Assembly (NCBI RefSeq): GCF_003334785.1
Contig: NZ_QOWV01000028.1
DNA length: 30,698 nt
Reading direction: 5' to 3' (one strand)
From: Escherichia coli
Lineage (GTDB): Bacteria > Pseudomonadota > Gammaproteobacteria > Enterobacterales > Enterobacteriaceae
In this document: in pieces, positions 26,714 through 30,698 of the stretch
Position numbering within the stretch: position 1 is the first letter of the stretch
How the letters are laid out: the number at the start of each line of letters is the position of its first letter
Position numbers and translations under genes: made by a program
Notes under the pieces: model-generated
Told to the model about the DNA's origin: nothing
What the model saw: the letters and a program-made list of their open reading frames with translations, nothing else
The model's database searches: none

Positions 26714-28300
26714 ATGGCACATCCACCACGGCTTAATGACGACAAACCGGTTATCTGGACGGTATCTGTAACGCGCCTGTTCGAGCTGTTTCGCGATATC
26801 AGCCTCGAGTTTGATCACCTGGCGAACATTACCCCTATTCAGCTTGGCTTTGAAAAAGCAGTGACCTACATCCGCAAGAAACTGGCAAACGAACGCTGTG
26901 ACGCCATCATCGCGGCTGGCTCTAACGGCGCGTACCTGAAAAGCCGCCTGTCAGTGCCAGTTATTTTGATTAAACCGAGCGGCTACGATGTGTTACAGGC
27001 ACTGGCAAAAGCCGGAAAACTCACCTCTTCTATCGGCGTTGTCACCTATCAGGAAACCATTCCAGCGCTGGTGGCGTTTCAAAAAACCTTTAATTTGCGC
27101 CTCGACCAACGTAGCTACATTACCGAGGAAGACGCACGCGGGCAGATTAACGAGCTAAAAGCTAACGGCACCGAAGCGGTGGTCGGCGCAGGGCTGATTA
27201 CCGATTTGGCAGAAGAAGCCGGAATGACCGGAATTTTTATCTATTCCGCCGCCACCGTGCGCCAGGCGTTCAGCGATGCGCTGGATATGACGCGCATGTC
27301 GTTACGCCATAACACTCACGATGCCACCCGCAACGCCCTGCGTACTCGTTACGTGCTGGGCGATATGCTCGGTCAATCACCACAGATGGAACAAGTACGG
27401 CAGACTATTTTGCTGTATGCCCGCTCCAGTGCGGCGGTGTTGATTGAGGGGGAAACGGGGACGGGCAAAGAGCTGGCGGCCCAGGCGATTCATCGGGAAT
27501 ATTTTGCCCGCCACGATGCGCGACAGGGCAAAAAGTCGCATCCGTTTGTTGCCGTCAACTGCGGGGCGATTGCCGAATCGCTGCTGGAAGCAGAACTGTT
27601 TGGCTATGAGGAAGGGGCGTTTACCGGCTCGCGACGCGGAGGTCGCGCCGGGCTGTTCGAAATTGCCCACGGCGGTACGCTGTTTCTGGATGAGATTGGC
27701 GAAATGCCGCTACCTTTGCAGACCCGGCTGCTGCGGGTGCTGGAAGAAAAAGAGGTCACCCGCGTCGGCGGGCATCAGCCTGTTCCGGTAGATGTACGGG
27801 TCATTAGCGCCACTCACTGCAATCTGGAAGAAGATATGCAGCAAGGACGTTTTCGCCGTGATCTGTTTTATCGGCTGAGTATTTTGCGTCTGCAATTGCC
27901 ACCACTGCGCGAGCGGGTGGCGGATATTCTTCCGCTGGCGGAAAGCTTTTTGAAAGTGTCTCTGGCGGCGCTCTCCGCCCCATTTTCTGCTGCATTACGC
28001 CAGGGGTTACAGGCAAGTGAAACTGTGCTGCTGCACTACGACTGGCCAGGCAATATTCGTGAACTGCGCAATATGATGGAACGACTGGCGCTGTTTTTAA
28101 GTGTGGAACCGACGCCGGATTTAACGCCGCAGTTTATGCAACTGCTACTGCCGGAACTGGCGCGCGAGTCGGCGAAAACTCCCGCTCCACGCTTACTGAC
28201 ACCACAACAGGCACTGGAGAAATTTAATGGCGATAAAACAGCAGCGGCGAATTATTTAGGCATCAGCCGGACGACGTTCTGGCGGCGGCTGAAAAGCTGA
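26714..28300 (+). CDS. prpR: sigma-54-dependent transcriptional activator of the prp operon
   Basis: ORF track 532 aa from a TTG at 26702; canonical 528-aa PrpR begins [19 protein letters not shown] (ATG 26714); central AAA+ sigma-54 interaction domain (GETGTGKE Walker A, GAFTG motif) and C-terminal HTH. Confidence 0.94.
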   Translation: MAHPPRLNDDKPVIWTVSVTRLFELFRDISLEFDHLANITPIQLGFEKAVTYIRKKLANERCDAIIAAGSNGAYLKSRLSVPVILIKPSGYDVLQALAKAGKLTSSIGVVTYQETIPALVAFQKTFNLRLDQRSYITEEDARGQINELKANGTEAVVGAGLITDLAEEAGMTGIFIYSAATVRQAFSDALDMTRMSLRHNTHDATRNALRTRYVLGDMLGQSPQMEQVRQTILLYARSSAAVLIEGETGTGKELAAQAIHREYFARHDARQGKKSHPFVAVNCGAIAESLLEAELFGYEEGAFTGSRRGGRAGLFEIAHGGTLFLDEIGEMPLPLQTRLLRVLEEKEVTRVGGHQPVPVDVRVISATHCNLEEDMQQGRFRRDLFYRLSILRLQLPPLRERVADILPLAESFLKVSLAALSAPFSAALRQGLQASETVLLHYDWPGNIRELRNMMERLALFLSVEPTPDLTPQFMQLLLPELARESAKTPAPRLLTPQQALEKFNGDKTAAANYLGISRTTFWRRLKS

Positions 28301-28303
28301 ACT

Positions 28304-28335
28304 GCCGAATGCAGCGCGAACGCTTTATCCGGCAT
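28304..28335. repeat. Degenerate REP-like palindrome downstream of prpR (gccgaatgcagcgcgaacgctttatccggcat)
   Basis: Imperfect inverted repeat resembling REP in the convergent prpR-yahO spacer. Confidence 0.5.
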
Positions 28336-28397
28336 AAATTTCAATAGATGATCACCGATAAACTTACGCATCGGAGATGTTTACATAGGATTCAGAA

Positions 28398-28673
28398 TTA
28401 CTTCTTCTTATAAATATTTGCCGTGCCGTGGATCTTATTGTCAGTTTGACCGGAGGTCAGTACCAACACATCAGCCCCTTTTTCATCCGCTTTTTTGATC
28501 AAATCTTCTTTTGCATCTGCAGTCGACATTTCATTGCTGGTTGAAATATCACCTATTTTTTCATACTGCGATTCAACTTTTTCAAATTCCGCTTTGGTCA
28601 TCAATTCAGCGGCATAGACATTGGTAACGGCTAACGCTAACGCACCGACTAACATTTTAGAGATTATTTTCAT
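28398..28673 (-). CDS. yahO: small periplasmic protein of unknown function (YahO-like, predicted signal peptide)
   Basis: ORF 91 aa [30 protein letters not shown]...; hydrophobic N-terminus ending in the signal-peptidase motif VYA-AE; lysine-rich mature part; AT-rich gene. Confidence 0.88.
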   Translation of the reverse strand: MKIISKMLVGALALAVTNVYAAELMTKAEFEKVESQYEKIGDISTSNEMSTADAKEDLIKKADEKGADVLVLTSGQTDNKIHGTANIYKKK

Positions 28674-28819
28674 ATTACGGCTCCAGAGTTGTTATCACAC
28701 TATCACCCACCCACATTATTGGGTTGATTAATAATTAGTTCAGTCAGGGCATAAACGCCAGTAACCGGAAATAAGACACTTTGTGATCTCTCTCGTACCC
28801 GATTATTTTTGGTAGAAAT

Positions 28820-29491
28820 ATGATGCAGTTAGTTCACTTATTTATGGATGAAATCACTATGGATCCTTTGCATGCCGTTTACCTGACCGTAGGACTGTTC
28901 GTGATTACTTTTTTTAATCCGGGAGCCAATCTCTTTGTGGTAGTACAAACCAGCCTGGCTTCCGGTCGACGCGCAGGGGTGCTGACCGGGCTGGGCGTGG
29001 CGCTGGGCGATGCATTTTATTCCGGGTTGGGTTTGTTTGGTCTTGCAACGCTAATTACGCAGTGTGAGGAGATTTTTTCGCTTATCAGAATCGTCGGCGG
29101 CGCTTATCTCTTATGGTTTGCGTGGTGCAGCATGCGCCGCCAGTCAACACCGCAAATGAGCACACTACAACAACCGATTAGCGCCCCCTGGTATGTCTTT
29201 TTTCGCCGCGGATTAATTACCGATCTCTCTAACCCGCAAACCGTTTTATTTTTTATCAGTATTTTCTCAGTAACATTAAATGCCGAAACACCAACATGGG
29301 CACGTTTAATGGCCTGGGCGGGGATTGTGCTCGCATCAATTATCTGGCGAGTTTTTCTTAGTCAGGCGTTTTCTTTGCCCGCTGTGCGTCGTGCTTATGG
29401 GCGTATGCAACGCGTTGCCAGTCGGGTTATTGGTGCAATTATTGGTGTATTCGCGCTACGCCTGATTTACGAAGGGGTGACGCAGCGGTGA
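28820..29491 (+). CDS. yahN: LysE/RhtB-family amino-acid exporter homologue
   Basis: ORF 223 aa MMQLVHLFMDEITMDPLHAVYLTVGLFVITFFNPGANLFVVVQTSL..., multi-pass hydrophobic protein; length matches YahN as I remember it. Confidence 0.88.
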   Translation: MMQLVHLFMDEITMDPLHAVYLTVGLFVITFFNPGANLFVVVQTSLASGRRAGVLTGLGVALGDAFYSGLGLFGLATLITQCEEIFSLIRIVGGAYLLWFAWCSMRRQSTPQMSTLQQPISAPWYVFFRRGLITDLSNPQTVLFFISIFSVTLNAETPTWARLMAWAGIVLASIIWRVFLSQAFSLPAVRRAYGRMQRVASRVIGAIIGVFALRLIYEGVTQR

Positions 29492-29507
29492 GCAGATAAT
29501 TTACTCT

Positions 29508-29753
29508 CTACGTAATCAACCTGATTTGCCGAATCACGGCCATCGGCGATGATAGCCCCCGTAATGCGTGGTCCTTATTTCCGATAAGTTTACTTGAGTC
29601 TTTAGCTTCCCATTTCAGCCCACTCTCCCCTGTGTGGGCTTTTTTCATTGGTCTGCCCCATCCTGAATAGCCAAACAATGGCAATGTTCCACTTTGCAGG
29701 GATGATAATAAGGGGATCTGATTCAGAAGAGTTTTGAAAAGTTGGACCGCCAT
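29508..29753 (-). CDS. yahM: small uncharacterized protein YahM
   Basis: ORF track 91 aa from 29783; the 81-aa form beginning MAVQLFKTLLNQIPLLSS (ATG 29753) has a GAGG Shine-Dalgarno 7 bp upstream, whereas the longer start has none. Only 16 bp separate its stop from the convergent yahN stop. Confidence 0.75.
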   Translation of the reverse strand: MAVQLFKTLLNQIPLLSSLQSGTLPLFGYSGWGRPMKKAHTGESGLKWEAKDSSKLIGNKDHALRGLSSPMAVIRQIRLIT

Positions 29754-30165
29754 CGAGGCCTCGAACCCCGTACCATACAACAATCCTGGTTGTCGTCTGC
29801 TCTTCCTGATGAGCTAATGGCGGTTTTTGATATGAGCCTTACAGCATATTTTCTGTCAGGCTTGAGTGCGATGCGTAAGATACAGAAAAGACCCCACACA
29901 AACATGATGGAATTATGATTTTTTTCATATGAATGTCAACCAACACATTCACAAAACATCTGCATGAGATCATTTTTTATACACCGCATGGCTGCGAAAC
30001 CACTACTGGTGCTTTTTTAAGCGAAGTGTCGCCGATCACAACAAAATATCGGCGAAAAAAGAGATGGAATGCCAGTTGGCATACAGATATACAGATGAAA
30101 TGATTACCTGCATTGCGATTCACTCTCAGGTGGAATAACAACTTGCAGGTGGAACCCTTTCTGAA

Positions 30166-30698
30166 CTAAAGAGTGTAGCGGATTTTAACGTGCTTATTTA
30201 CAGGATAATATCTGTCACCTAATTCCTGCACTCTATTAGATATCCATTCATTTAATCGCGCATCATCTCTGTATGTTTTTACGTCCAGAACAGAGAGCAA
30301 TAACATCACCAGTGATTCAGGAAAAACAGGGTAGATATTTTTTAAGTGTAATAATAATCCATGCGCAAGCGCCTGCTTAATGGGCGCGTCTGTCTCCGGA
30401 ATAGACGACATTTCGCGAAGCCATTTTTCCACATGCATACACTCTTTCCCTTTAGGGAAAATTCTCAGCAAAGGCATATGGTATTCAAGAAGAATACATT
30501 TGCAATCTGTTCGCACTGAATCGATAAACTGCACTAATTTCTTAAGCCCGGTAAAGCGTCCAGCCTGCACGTTTGCTTTAATATCAAGAAACGCATCATC
30601 CTGGTCATATACCCAAACTGTCTGAACCGCCCCGGAAATCCTGGAGACTAAACTCCCTGAGAAAGAGGTAAACAGGATGACTAAAAATACTCGTTTTT
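30166..30698 (-). CDS. yahL: uncharacterized protein, 5'-truncated by the window end (probably yahL)
   Basis: Reading frame is open from 30166 up to the window edge (I translated 30571-30698 by hand and found no stop); the ORF-track start at 30570 is just the first GTG in from the edge. AT-rich; identity as yahL is inferred from map position only. Confidence 0.6.
   Translation of the reverse strand, partial: KRVFLVILFTSFSGSLVSRISGAVQTVWVYDQDDAFLDIKANVQAGRFTGLKKLVQFIDSVRTDCKCILLEYHMPLLRIFPKGKECMHVEKWLREMSSIPETDAPIKQALAHGLLLHLKNIYPVFPESLVMLLLSVLDVKTYRDDARLNEWISNRVQELGDRYYPVNKHVKIRYTL

Noticed and set aside
29723-29905. 60-aa minus-strand ORF upstream of and overlapping the yahM start
   Set aside because: Overlaps the yahM 5' region in another frame, has no Shine-Dalgarno sequence and an odd composition; most likely noise in an AT-rich intergenic region.

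Overview
This window is the textbook Escherichia coli K-12-type chromosomal lac neighbourhood, presented as the reverse complement of the usual map orientation. I do not see a novel or undescribed system: every long ORF is accounted for by a known gene of canonical length. Gene order is mhpE-mhpF-mhpD-mhpC-mhpB-mhpA (minus), mhpR, lacI, lacZ, lacY, lacA (plus), cynX-cynS-cynT (minus), cynR (plus), codA-codB (minus), prpE-prpD-prpC-prpB (minus), prpR (plus), then yahO, yahN, yahM and a 5'-truncated yahL. Intergenic regions are packed with REP/BIME palindromic repeats. Identifications rest on reading the translated ORFs against remembered protein sequences and on recognisable regulatory sequences (lac promoter, CRP site, O1/O2/O3, lacI promoter, sigma-54 promoter of prpB); no database search was run. 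Several ORF-track starts are over-extended and I trimmed them to the starts that give canonical protein lengths. The two observations most worth a second look are (i) a single-base difference from the canonical lac promoter/operator sequence at -1 (G->A, position 8720), which makes the left flank of lacO1 perfectly symmetric with the right flank, and (ii) a 200-bp tandem duplication that copies the last 27 codons of cynR plus its downstream REP pair. Both need alignment to a reference to decide whether they are strain polymorphisms, sequencing errors or edits.
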